Assembly (NCBI GenBank): GCA_964436385.1
Contig: CAYTCO010000003.1
Coordinates: forward strand, 5,342-69,341
Origin: an uncultured Gammaproteobacteria bacterium
GTDB lineage: Bacteria > Patescibacteriota > Microgenomatia > Levybacterales > GWA1-39-11
Direction of reading: 5' to 3'
DNA: 64,000 nucleotides
Of the stretch, positions 17,329 through 26,376 are shown piece by piece. The translations under genes were made by a program, and so were the position numbers. The notes beneath the pieces were generated by a model. The model ran no database searches. It saw only the letters and a program-made list of their open reading frames with translations, and was not told the DNA's origin. Every line of letters starts with the position of its first letter. The first letter of the stretch is position 1.

Positions 17329-18396
17329 TTAAATAATAGGGAGAGTTGCGCTTTCAAGTGATTCTTCGGGAGCAAGTGATAATAAAATATTGTATGAATT
17401 ATTGTCTCCATTGATTTTAAAATTAAATCTACTATCTGCTCCAAACTTAAACTTATTTAAAAGCTCCATGAATTCATCTATTCTATCTTGTGGATTTTCA
17501 TACTTTCTTAGCAACGGATGTTTTCTGACTGCTTTTTGAAGTGTTGTATCTGCTAAATGTATATACGTTTCGTATGTTACCCGTATGTCTTTGTGTCCCA
17601 AGAGTTTTGCAACAATTGTTATATCAATTCCAGATTGAAGCAAGTGTGTTGCGAATGTGTGACGAAGAATGTGTGCATGTAGTCTCTCAAATTTACTTAT
17701 TCCAGCAAGTTTTCCTCTTAATCTAAGATTTTCATTAAATGTTCCTGGCAATATTTTATTTCCTGTGCTTCCAGTAAAGATAAGTTCCTCAGAATCTCTC
17801 TCTTGGATAAGCCCCCTTAGAGAATTTTTTAATTTATCGCCATCAAAGTAAACATTTCTATTATCTCCATTTTTAGTTTGCACCAAATAAGCTTTACCGT
17901 TTTCAATATCAAGCCTTTTTATTTGAAGTGAAGCAGCTTCATCAAACCTACAGCCAGTTATGGCCAAAAATTCAGTTAGAGTTAGATATTTGTCATCAAG
18001 GCTACTGTTATTCTTTCCATTCCTGTTTTTGTATTCCACTTTAGTGGACAATAAGCTTACTAGCTCGTCTTCTGAGAGAATCGTTATATCTGGATGTGTT
18101 TTGGGTAGATTCTTTGTGCCTTCAGTGAATCCGAACGGTAGTTTATGATATTTGCAATATTTATCTATCAATAGGAACACATTCCGATATGTGTTTACAG
18201 TGGAGTTACTACGCTTGAGCGTATACTTCTGCGCGTACAAGAAGTTAATAACGTTCTCGTTGGTCAACTCAAGATTATTTTCCTCAAGCCAAGCCGTTAT
18301 TATTCTAAAACGGTTACGATATGTACGGATTGTATTACCGACAATTCCTTGATTAATTGTCAGAAACTTTATGAACTCTTCTTCTTTGATTTTCAT
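17329..18396 (-). CDS. Tyrosine recombinase/integrase, Xer-like
   Basis: The C-terminal HILRHTFATHLLQSGIDITIVAKLLGHKDIRVTYETYIHL closely matches the XerC/XerD box II/III (R..H..LLGH...Y). The protein is 355 aa with an N-terminal SAM-like core-binding region. Confidence 0.85.
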   Translation of the reverse strand: MKIKEEEFIKFLTINQGIVGNTIRTYRNRFRIITAWLEENNLELTNENVINFLYAQKYTLKRSNSTVNTYRNVFLLIDKYCKYHKLPFGFTEGTKNLPKTHPDITILSEDELVSLLSTKVEYKNRNGKNNSSLDDKYLTLTEFLAITGCRFDEAASLQIKRLDIENGKAYLVQTKNGDNRNVYFDGDKLKNSLRGLIQERDSEELIFTGSTGNKILPGTFNENLRLRGKLAGISKFERLHAHILRHTFATHLLQSGIDITIVAKLLGHKDIRVTYETYIHLADTTLQKAVRKHPLLRKYENPQDRIDEFMELLNKFKFGADSRFNFKINGDNNSYNILLSLAPEESLESATLPII

Positions 18397-18801
18397 GCTT
18401 ACTGATTTGATTCAATAAGCAAGGGCTGAAAAATTTACAATTCTTTTTAAGTAGGGGAAGTATCTACAAGAGAATCGTAATTAACATAATTATATCAAAT
18501 TTGAGGCTAAAAATCAATCCCCAAAATATTTTATACTTGACTTGCCTCAAAAATTGCCCTGCTTTTTGAATGCAAATTGGAGAAGTAATTAATTTTTGAT
18601 GTATAATATTTGTGTATTTCTGAGTCGGAAAAGTAATTAGTATATGAGGCTAGTATCTTTCTTGGTTCATGAGTCCCCGCTTTTTTACGTCAGAAAAATT
18701 AAAAAGCCGAGGCTCGACCGAACGGGCGGCCCCGCAGTTCTACGACAAAAGAACTAAACATCTTGACAACTAGACTTAATTTGTTATAACATTGTTATAT
18801 T

Positions 18802-19017
18802 ATGGTACAGCAATTAATCTCTATAGGTAATTCTGTTGGGGTAATCATTCCAAAAAATGTGCTTAAAGAGAAGAATATAAAATTGGGTGATACGGTTGAA
18901 TTTGACATCAAGTCTGTTAAGCCAAAAACTACAGATGTAGATGTTCGTTTCATGAAGATGGTTGACGAGTTTGTTGAAGACCACAAAGATGTTCTTCAAA
19001 AACTCGCAACTCGATGA
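18802..19017 (+). CDS. AbrB/MazE/SpoVT-fold antitoxin (Phd-like partner of Doc)
   Basis: ISIGNSVGVIIPKNVLKEKNIKLGDTVEF is the swapped-hairpin AbrB-type motif. The protein is 71 aa and overlaps the Doc gene by 4 bp. A promoter-like TTGACA-N17-TATAAC lies upstream, around 18763. Confidence 0.65.
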   Translation: MVQQLISIGNSVGVIIPKNVLKEKNIKLGDTVEFDIKSVKPKTTDVDVRFMKMVDEFVEDHKDVLQKLATR

Positions 19018-19403
19018 AATACTTATCTACCCCTCAAGTTTTGGCGATTCACGATCAAATGGTAAAAAGATTTGGTGGCTCAATGGGCATTAGAGATTTA
19101 GACCTGATTGAATCTGCCGTTGAAAGACCAAAAACAACTTTTGATGGAGCTGATTTGTATTCCACAATCTTTACAAAGGCAGCTGTATTTATGCACTCTT
19201 TGTTGAAAAATCATGCGTTTGTTGACGGAAATAAGAGAACATCTTATGCTTCCTGTGGTATCTTCCTGAAACTAAATGGCTACGAGCTAGAAAATATGCA
19301 TAATGCAAGCTTGGAATTTACCATGAAGGTCGAAAATGATTCCATTAAGATTGGGGAAATCTCTGAATGGCTTGATAAACATTCAGTTAGACTACCTAAG
19401 TAG
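19014..19403 (+). CDS. Doc/Fic-family toxin (death-on-curing)
   Basis: It has the Fic/Doc motif HAFVDGNKRT (HxFx(D/E)GNKR). The protein is 129 aa. Confidence 0.75.
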   Translation: MKYLSTPQVLAIHDQMVKRFGGSMGIRDLDLIESAVERPKTTFDGADLYSTIFTKAAVFMHSLLKNHAFVDGNKRTSYASCGIFLKLNGYELENMHNASLEFTMKVENDSIKIGEISEWLDKHSVRLPK

Positions 19404-19466
19404 AGGCAGTCTTTACGCGTAGGAAAATTTGCTTGAAACTCAGGAGTATGTTTATTTCCTAGTAAT

Positions 19467-20234
19467 ATGAAATTGATGTCTTACAACATTTTGGATGGGG
19501 CGGTTAATACTTTGTCCCAGATTATTGATGTTGTAAATTCAGAAGCCCCTGATTATCTGACACTTAATGAAGCAAATACTTTTGCAAATGACAATAGTAA
19601 AATTCTTAAAGAATTTGCTCATGCCACTGGCTTTCCTTATTTTGAAATAGCACTTTCTGGTGAGATGGATTATAACGTTGCTGTTTTTTCAAAATACCCA
19701 TTCATTAAAATTGATAAACTTCAGCCCTTAGCAAGAGCATGCATTGTCGCCAAGATAGAGTCCCCAATTGGCATAATTTCTATTGCAAGTCTTCATTTAA
19801 CTCCGTATTCTGAAGACCTCAGACATCCTGAGATAGATAAAATCCTTGAGTTCCAAAAAAGTGAAGAAAATAGAATTTTGATGGGGGATATGAACTCACT
19901 TTCTAAAAATGACAATTATAATGTTGAGATTGTTAAGAATTTTAACGTTAAGCAGACTAAGAAATTCACAACCGATGGAGTTCTTCGATTTGACGCAATT
20001 GACAAGATCATGTCCGTAGGATACTTTGATTCTGCATTCGAGCTGGGTGAAAATCATGAAACCACAGTACCTACAAAATCAAACCAGGATCCGGCGCACA
20101 AATTCATGAGGCTTGATTATATTTTTGTATCAAAGCCATTAGTTAAAAAACTTAAGTCCTATGATGTTGTAAAAAATGGGCTAACAGATATTGCCTCCGA
20201 CCACTACCCAATAACTCTAAACCTCAATGCTTGA
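19467..20234 (+). CDS. Endonuclease/exonuclease/phosphatase (EEP) family protein
   Basis: The N-terminal MKLMSYNIL and C-terminal SDHYPITLNL are EEP signatures. Confidence 0.6.
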   Translation: MKLMSYNILDGAVNTLSQIIDVVNSEAPDYLTLNEANTFANDNSKILKEFAHATGFPYFEIALSGEMDYNVAVFSKYPFIKIDKLQPLARACIVAKIESPIGIISIASLHLTPYSEDLRHPEIDKILEFQKSEENRILMGDMNSLSKNDNYNVEIVKNFNVKQTKKFTTDGVLRFDAIDKIMSVGYFDSAFELGENHETTVPTKSNQDPAHKFMRLDYIFVSKPLVKKLKSYDVVKNGLTDIASDHYPITLNLNA

Positions 20235-20892
20235 ATTTAAAAACGTAAAAATCACGAAATCCAGTAGGAGGTCGATAGCCATCATGGTTCATCCCGATGC
20301 CACTGTTGAGGTAAGAGCTCCTAAATTTATTCCTGAATTTGCAATAAAAGCATTTATTAAAAGTAAGGAAGATTGGATAGAAAAGAGGGTAGAATTCGTC
20401 AGAAAAAATAAAGCTCTAAAAAAGCAATTTGTTAATGGAGAGCGGTTTCAATTATTAGGAAAAGACTACACTTTGCTTATTGGCAACTACACTGCGATTG
20501 AAATAAAAGATGGAAATATATTATTCCCTTTGGGTATGGTCTCTCACGGACGCGAAATGCTTGAGAAGTGGTATGTGCGTCAAGCAAAAGTAATTATAAA
20601 AAATTTAGTTGATGAATATTCAAAAAGCATGGGCACTTCATACAACGGGCTGACATTTTCTGATACTTCTTCAAAATGGGGATCTTGTACGCATGACAAT
20701 AGACTTCAATTCAATTGGAGACTCGTTATGACTCCACTTCTTGTTGTTAGATATGTCGTTATTCACGAGCTTGCACACACTTTTGAAAAAAATCACTCAG
20801 CGAAATTTTGGAATAAAGTCAGAAGCGTCAACCCGTCATACAAAGCTCAGATAAAATGGTTAAAATTGCATGGAGGAATGCTAAAATTCTAA
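20227..20892 (+). CDS. YgjP-like (DUF45/M48-related) zinc-dependent hydrolase
   Basis: It has the HELAHTFEKNHSAKFW motif (HExxH followed by NHS..FW). Confidence 0.6.
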   Translation: MLEFKNVKITKSSRRSIAIMVHPDATVEVRAPKFIPEFAIKAFIKSKEDWIEKRVEFVRKNKALKKQFVNGERFQLLGKDYTLLIGNYTAIEIKDGNILFPLGMVSHGREMLEKWYVRQAKVIIKNLVDEYSKSMGTSYNGLTFSDTSSKWGSCTHDNRLQFNWRLVMTPLLVVRYVVIHELAHTFEKNHSAKFWNKVRSVNPSYKAQIKWLKLHGGMLKF

Positions 20893-20894
20893 CT

Positions 20895-21368
20895 ATGGAT
20901 TCGAAAGTTAAAAAATCATTGGAGGAAAATGGAATCGAATATAAAGTTTTTGAATGTGATCCATCATTTGCTGACACGTATGCATTTTGCGAAAAGTACG
21001 GCTTCTCACTTTCTCAATCAGCAAACACAATTATAGTCGCGTCAAAAGGAGACGACACAAAGTATGCAGCATGCGTTGCTTTGGCAACGACAAAGCTAGA
21101 CGTTAACAAAAAAGTTTGTGAACTTTTAGGGGTCAAAAGAGCTTCATTTGCACCTTTCGAGGCAACACCAGAAATTACAGGCATGATGTTCGGTGGAGTA
21201 ACCACCTTTGGTCTTAAAATGCCTATATATGTTGACTCAAAAGTTATGAATGAGAAAGAAATTGTTATGGGTGGAGGCAACAGGTCAACAAAGGTATTGT
21301 TAAATCCTCAAGAATTGAAGAAGATTCCCGGTCTCGAAGTGGTCGAAGGTCTTGCAATCCCCAAGTAA
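20895..21368 (+). CDS. YbaK/ProX-type aminoacyl-tRNA deacylase domain protein
   Basis: The internal start MDSKVKKSLEENGIEYKVFE is chosen to avoid overlap with the upstream gene. The Gly-rich core (MMFGGVTTFGL...VMGGGNRSTKV) is typical of YbaK. Confidence 0.55.
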   Translation: MDSKVKKSLEENGIEYKVFECDPSFADTYAFCEKYGFSLSQSANTIIVASKGDDTKYAACVALATTKLDVNKKVCELLGVKRASFAPFEATPEITGMMFGGVTTFGLKMPIYVDSKVMNEKEIVMGGGNRSTKVLLNPQELKKIPGLEVVEGLAIPK

Positions 21369-21389
21369 AGTTCTCTATAATCCCATCAA

Positions 21390-22955
21390 GTGAACAAGAA
21401 TTTATTGACAGGAATTCTGCTCTTCCTTTTTTCAATTACCCTTAGCCTTTACAATTTAACAGCGTCTGGACGTTGGACTGATGAATTTTTCTACGTTAGT
21501 AAGGGGCATCACACAATTGAGCTTTTGAAAAAGGGCCTTGTAACTCACCCCTATTTTTTAGTTGAGGGCGCAGACCACCCATTAACTGCAGTATACGTAT
21601 ATGGTTTGGCCTCTTATCTTGATTTAACATACATAGATCACGCGCATATTGTTCCCGAAGTGGGACTTTATCAGCCTCACTTCGATTACGATTTGTTTTT
21701 TACAAGATTAATAGCCGTTGTTGTTTCTGCCCTCAGTGTGTTGTTAACCTATATCTTTTGCTTGAGGTTCTTCTCTTATTTTGTTGCCGTAGCATCCTCA
21801 AGTATTCTTATGACACTTCCACATTTCTTGGGATATTCCCAAAAAGTAAGTCTTGAGAGTTGGTGCGTGCTTACTTTTTCACTTGCCGTTGTATTTTGTT
21901 TTGAGTACTTAAGAAGCAAAAAATTAATATACGCAATATTAATAGGTATTTTTTCTGGAGTGACGTTAACGGTCAAGCAATCAAATATTTTAATTTTCCC
22001 ATTTCTAGTGCTTACCTTTTCCTACTACAAATATTTCTTGAAAGATAAAAATCTTTCTTATAAAAGCGTATTTGTCGTGGCATTAACAACGATTATCACA
22101 ATTTTTATTACTTATCCTATGCCATTTTTAAATCCCCAAACTTTCTGGCACACAACATATGACGCTTGGTTTGTTAATGGCGGTAAAATTCCAGAATTAA
22201 TTTTTGGAAAAATGATCGGTGCCCCCATTGTGTATTACTTTATTGCAATCTCTATAACAACGCCATTAATTATTTTGATTTTATTGCTTACAGGAGGATT
22301 TGAGATAATAAGAACTAAGAGAAAACCCCTTTATATAACTTTACTAATTTGGTTCGTCGTTCCATTTTTCATGATGTTTTTTGCTGCTCGCCAACACATG
22401 GTGAGATACATTATTCAGGTCTATGTCCCGATGGCTATAATTTCAGCGATAGGGCTTAAAGCTATTGCCCCTATTTTTATTAAAGACAAAAGATTCCATC
22501 TCTTAATTCTCGTTCCAGTAGTGGTTTATTCGATGGTTATTATTTTTCAAACAACTCCATATTATCTAACTTACTACAACGAGTTAATAGGGGGAACAAA
22601 GAGGGTATACAGTGAAAAACTTTTTTTGCTCGGTTGGTTTAGTGAGGGCTTAAAAAGCGTTTCAAATTATATTAAGAATAATGTTACGCCAGGAAGCAGG
22701 ATTGGATACGCAGTTAACGCAGGATTTGGTGCGGTTGATCAGATTCCGGGGTACACGCATCTAAGATATGACAAAAATTTAGAATATGATTATGTAGTTG
22801 TGACTGTATTTGATGTAACACGGGGAGGGTTTGATGAAAAAACTCTTCTTCCCAAATACAAAGCAGTTTATGAGGAGAAAGGAAATGGGCTTGTAGTTGC
22901 CAGAATTTATAAAAACAGATCAAAAGTTGGACCCGATACGAAGCTCCTTTATTAA
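21390..22955 (+). CDS. GT-C fold membrane glycosyltransferase (ArnT/PMT-like, GT39/GT83-like)
   Basis: It has about 12 TM helices and a DE-containing first extracytoplasmic loop (RWTDEFFYVSKGH). It is adjacent to a GT2 polyprenyl-phosphate-sugar-synthase-like gene. Confidence 0.5.
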   Translation: MNKNLLTGILLFLFSITLSLYNLTASGRWTDEFFYVSKGHHTIELLKKGLVTHPYFLVEGADHPLTAVYVYGLASYLDLTYIDHAHIVPEVGLYQPHFDYDLFFTRLIAVVVSALSVLLTYIFCLRFFSYFVAVASSSILMTLPHFLGYSQKVSLESWCVLTFSLAVVFCFEYLRSKKLIYAILIGIFSGVTLTVKQSNILIFPFLVLTFSYYKYFLKDKNLSYKSVFVVALTTIITIFITYPMPFLNPQTFWHTTYDAWFVNGGKIPELIFGKMIGAPIVYYFIAISITTPLIILILLLTGGFEIIRTKRKPLYITLLIWFVVPFFMMFFAARQHMVRYIIQVYVPMAIISAIGLKAIAPIFIKDKRFHLLILVPVVVYSMVIIFQTTPYYLTYYNELIGGTKRVYSEKLFLLGWFSEGLKSVSNYIKNNVTPGSRIGYAVNAGFGAVDQIPGYTHLRYDKNLEYDYVVVTVFDVTRGGFDEKTLLPKYKAVYEEKGNGLVVARIYKNRSKVGPDTKLLY

Positions 22956-23603
22956 TAGTTTTACAAATTTAATGCCGGTTGGAATTGAATTTGCAGTGCT
23001 CATGCCTCCTATCCTGTCTCCTTCCTTAGTTGGAATTTCATAAATTTTTCCACCAAGTTTTAGGGTTCTTATTGTCATTTGAAATTCTATTGCAAAACCC
23101 TCTTCATCAAGATGGAGCTTTTTAAAAAACTCTTTATTAATTATTCGATAGCCGTTAATAGTGTCGGTGACCTTCCCTCCCCAGAACATTCTCACCGCAA
23201 TTGAGAATGCTTCATTTGCCCATTTTCTAAATTTTAAAACCTTATCATCTTCCTCATTTCTTGAACCTTTCATGAATCGAGAGGCAATAACAAGATCGTG
23301 ATCTTTTATTTTTGGCAATAGTTTTGCTATATCCTTCGGATCTTCATTTCCATCAGGACTGAAAAATATAATAAATTCTCCCCTTGCCTTCTTTGCTGCT
23401 ATTTTAAAAGCGTTACCGCGTCCAGCAACGGTTTGACTTATCACAGGTATCTTATGTTTCTTTAAAAATTCGACAGTTCCGTCAGTTGATTTGTAGTCTA
23501 CTGCAAAAACTTCATCAACAAGTTTTAGGGGAATATTTTTAAGTACTTCTTTAACTCCAGAAATTTCGTTTCGGGTTAAGATGACAAGTGTTGTTCGTAC
23601 CAT
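22920..23603 (-). CDS. Family 2 glycosyltransferase (polyprenyl-phosphate sugar synthase-like, ArnC/DPM1-like)
   Basis: It has a GT2 N-terminus (LVILTRNE...AVDYKSTDGT) and DxD-like FFSPDGNED. The protein is 227 aa. Confidence 0.6.
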   Translation of the reverse strand: MVRTTLVILTRNEISGVKEVLKNIPLKLVDEVFAVDYKSTDGTVEFLKKHKIPVISQTVAGRGNAFKIAAKKARGEFIIFFSPDGNEDPKDIAKLLPKIKDHDLVIASRFMKGSRNEEDDKVLKFRKWANEAFSIAVRMFWGGKVTDTINGYRIINKEFFKKLHLDEEGFAIEFQMTIRTLKLGGKIYEIPTKEGDRIGGMSTANSIPTGIKFVKLLIKELRIGSNF

Positions 23604-24547
23604 TTTATAGTTTTTACAATCCCTTCACTGAGGGTTGTTGTTGCTTTAAATTTAATTTTTTTCGTAGCATATGATGTATCGCAATTCCTTCTTGGTTGAC
23701 CATCTGGTTTTTTTGTATCAAATTTTATTGGAACATTCTTGCCTGATTTTTCAAGAAGTATTTCAGCAAGCTTTTTGATTGTAACCTCTTCCTCAGAACC
23801 CAAATTAAGTGGGTCACAAACTGAATACTTTTCAGAAATTTCAAGAAGGCCTCGTGCTACATCCTCAACATATATAAAAGATCTTGTTTGCTTTCCGCTT
23901 CCCCAGACAACAAAAGGGTTCTCGCCACTATAAATCCTTTTTAGCATTGCCGGAATAACGTGGGAGGTTGAGGGATCAAAATTGTCTCTTGGGCCATACG
24001 TGTTGTAAGGCCTGCCGATTCCAACCTTCAAGCCGTACTCTTGGTTATAAAATCGTCCCATCAACTCAACTACTCGCTTTGCCCAACCATAGCCAAGATT
24101 TGTAGGCTCCGGATCATCAACAAATCCCTCGCTTTCACGAGTTGGGATTGTTGCGTGGCGCGGGTATACACATGCAGAGCTCGTTAAAAGCACACGTTCA
24201 ACTTTATTTTTGACTGCAGCTTCCAGGATATTTCTGGTAAGAATAACGTTTTCAGAAAACATTGTTGCTGGGTGTCCGATGTTATAGTCAATTCCTGCAA
24301 CTTTGGCAGCCAAATGCAAAATTACGTCTTGTTTTTTTGTTGCTTTAATAGCATTTTCGGGGATTGAAAGATCAGTTTTGAGAATTGAAACTTCCCTTAG
24401 GACCTTTGAGATATTTGTATTTTTAGTGCTCCTTGAGGTAACAGTAACTTTTGCTTCGTATTCAACAAGTTTTTCTGTAACAAAAGAACCCACAAAGCCC
24501 GTACCTCCAGTAACCAAAACTTTTTTACCTTTCCAAAATTTAGACAT
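23576..24547 (-). CDS. NAD-dependent nucleotide-sugar epimerase/dehydratase (SDR)
   Basis: It has the VLVTGGTGFVGS Rossmann motif and is 323 aa. Confidence 0.7.
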   Translation of the reverse strand: MSKFWKGKKVLVTGGTGFVGSFVTEKLVEYEAKVTVTSRSTKNTNISKVLREVSILKTDLSIPENAIKATKKQDVILHLAAKVAGIDYNIGHPATMFSENVILTRNILEAAVKNKVERVLLTSSACVYPRHATIPTRESEGFVDDPEPTNLGYGWAKRVVELMGRFYNQEYGLKVGIGRPYNTYGPRDNFDPSTSHVIPAMLKRIYSGENPFVVWGSGKQTRSFIYVEDVARGLLEISEKYSVCDPLNLGSEEEVTIKKLAEILLEKSGKNVPIKFDTKKPDGQPRRNCDTSYATKKIKFKATTTLSEGIVKTIKWYEQHLSS

Positions 24548-24566
24548 TCGAATAAAAAAGATTGTA

Positions 24567-25313
24567 TCACACCTTATTTAGACTTTTTCGACGGAGATCT
24601 TCGATTTCCTTTCCTGAGAGTTCCCTATATTCTCCAAGTTTTATTCCGGTAATATCCAATGTTCCAAGCTTTATCCTTTCAAGATCAAGTAAAGTTAAAT
24701 TGAGCGCATCACACATCCGTCTAATCTGCCTCTTTCTCCCTTCAAAAATTGTTAGCTCAACTATCGTGCCATCCTTCCTTCTTTGAAGAACGGTTGCTTT
24801 AGCTTTTGCGGTTACCCCATCATCCAACTCGACGCCATTTGTGAGACTTTCTAAATGATCATTGGTAACTTGGCCCTTAATTTTTAAGAGATAAGTCTTT
24901 GGTACATGGTAACGAGGATGAATAAGCATATTTGTTAGCTCGCCATCGTTTGTCAAAATTAATAATCCATGAGTATCTCGATCCAGTCTTCCTATTGGAA
25001 ATATACGTTCGTCGGTTTTAATAAGTGAGACTACATTCCTTCTGTTGAATTCATCCGATGATGTCGAAACAATCCCTTTTGGCTTGTTAAGTAGAAAATA
25101 AACCTTCTTGGGTTTAATTAGTTTTTTTCCATTTATAGTTATTGAGGCATTTTTTGGAATTCTTTGCCCATGCTCTTTTATCCGTACGTCATTTGCCATG
25201 ACAGCATTTGAGCTAACAAATTTTTCTATACTTCTTCTTGAGGCAATCCCAAGAGAAGAAAGTAGCTTATCTGCCCTAATGGTTTCTTTATTAGCCTGTG
25301 ATTTTTGATGCAT
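24567..25313 (-). CDS. rRNA pseudouridine synthase, RsuA/RluB family
   Basis: It has an S4 domain (IRADKLLSSLGIASRR) and the catalytic GRLDRDTHGLLILTNDGEL. The start was chosen at the internal Met (MHQKSQ...). Confidence 0.7.
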   Translation of the reverse strand: MHQKSQANKETIRADKLLSSLGIASRRSIEKFVSSNAVMANDVRIKEHGQRIPKNASITINGKKLIKPKKVYFLLNKPKGIVSTSSDEFNRRNVVSLIKTDERIFPIGRLDRDTHGLLILTNDGELTNMLIHPRYHVPKTYLLKIKGQVTNDHLESLTNGVELDDGVTAKAKATVLQRRKDGTIVELTIFEGRKRQIRRMCDALNLTLLDLERIKLGTLDITGIKLGEYRELSGKEIEDLRRKSLNKV

Positions 25314-26376
25314 AAGGGATTTTGTGAACAATGTACGCAATACTAAAAGATAATAGCGTAATAACTGCAAAGAACATAGGATCAAACCAAACTTGTTTCA
25401 AAGAGTCGTGAGGAATTTGGGGTCTTACAAATAAATTCCAAAAATAATCCAATATCAAAACGTGAATAAAAAATACAAAAAAAGATAGTTTTGAGAATTT
25501 TATAAAAAATAATTCAAGTCCCCTTTTCCTCTCAAAGAAATACACACCAGCTATAGATAGTAAAAGAGTGTAGACGTAATTGAGTGGTCCATGCTGGTTG
25601 TAGATAAAGGTTGTGGTTTTTCGTAGAGTTGTTAACTCGATAACGTGAAAGAATATGATTCCAAGAAGTACTAAAGTAACAGTTGAAATAAGAAATAGAT
25701 ATTTTTTTGCATATTCTAAAATCATCTCCTTGTAATGACTAGCTGTCATTCCTGTTACAAACATTGCAAAAACAAGAATAGCAATTCTTAATGTCTGATT
25801 AATTTCAAGTGGTTTTATGTAATAGTCGATTGCAAGAAGAATAATCTGGATAACCCATATTAGTGCAATTACCCAAAGTTTTTTTAGAAAGTTAAGTGTT
25901 CTGTGAAGCAGTGGAAAAGTGAAGTAAAAGATAACAAGGGTTGGAATGAAATAAAGGTGATAAGATGCTTTTCCATTGATGAATATATTGAGAAATTCAT
26001 AAGAAAATATTTTTTTTATATCCATGCTGTTTCCTAGTAAAAAGTAGAGGAGGCTCCAGAATAAAAATGGTGTTGCCACTCTTGATATTCTTTTCTTAAA
26101 GTATGTTGTGTAGGGGACCTCTCGGTTGTTTAGTTCCAAAACAAAACCTGATATAAGAAAAAACATTGGTACTGCAAAGCGTGCCATTTGATTCAAAAAT
26201 AGCGAAAATGCGCCATCAACAACATTGTGATCCAAGTTAGCAAGTGTTTTTGTAGTTGTATGTATTAATATGACCGCCAATATAGAAAACACTCTCAGTG
26301 CGTCAATGGGATAGAAATAAGTACTTTTTTTTGTGTGATCCATTAGAAACCCGCTTGCTTGCGAAAAGTTAGCCAT
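25291..26376 (-). CDS. Acyltransferase-3 family membrane O-acyltransferase
   Basis: The N-terminus YPIDALRVFSILAVILIHTT and about 10 TM helices are typical of the OatA/acyl_transf_3 family. Confidence 0.6.
   Translation of the reverse strand: MANFSQASGFLMDHTKKSTYFYPIDALRVFSILAVILIHTTTKTLANLDHNVVDGAFSLFLNQMARFAVPMFFLISGFVLELNNREVPYTTYFKKRISRVATPFLFWSLLYFLLGNSMDIKKIFSYEFLNIFINGKASYHLYFIPTLVIFYFTFPLLHRTLNFLKKLWVIALIWVIQIILLAIDYYIKPLEINQTLRIAILVFAMFVTGMTASHYKEMILEYAKKYLFLISTVTLVLLGIIFFHVIELTTLRKTTTFIYNQHGPLNYVYTLLLSIAGVYFFERKRGLELFFIKFSKLSFFVFFIHVLILDYFWNLFVRPQIPHDSLKQVWFDPMFFAVITLLSFSIAYIVHKIPYASKITG

Larger units (their letters stand above)
11586..18670. mobile_element. Putative integrated element (about 7.1 kb) bounded by an 11-bp direct repeat TCTTGGTTCAT
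   Basis: The exact 11-mer occurs at 11586-11596, 26 bp upstream of the OLD nuclease gene, and at 18660-18670, about 265 bp beyond the 5' end of the integrase gene. Between them lie an OLD nuclease, hypothetical membrane proteins, an FtsK-gamma protein, an XRE regulator and a tyrosine recombinase. None of these belongs to the flanking dcw cluster. Confidence 0.4.

Noticed and set aside
17095-17361. 88-aa plus-strand ORF in the gap next to the integrase gene.
   Set aside because: It has a Lys/Asn-rich low-complexity translation and overlaps the 3' end of the integrase gene. The surrounding sequence looks like non-coding regulatory DNA (palindrome, tandem repeats, G-run).
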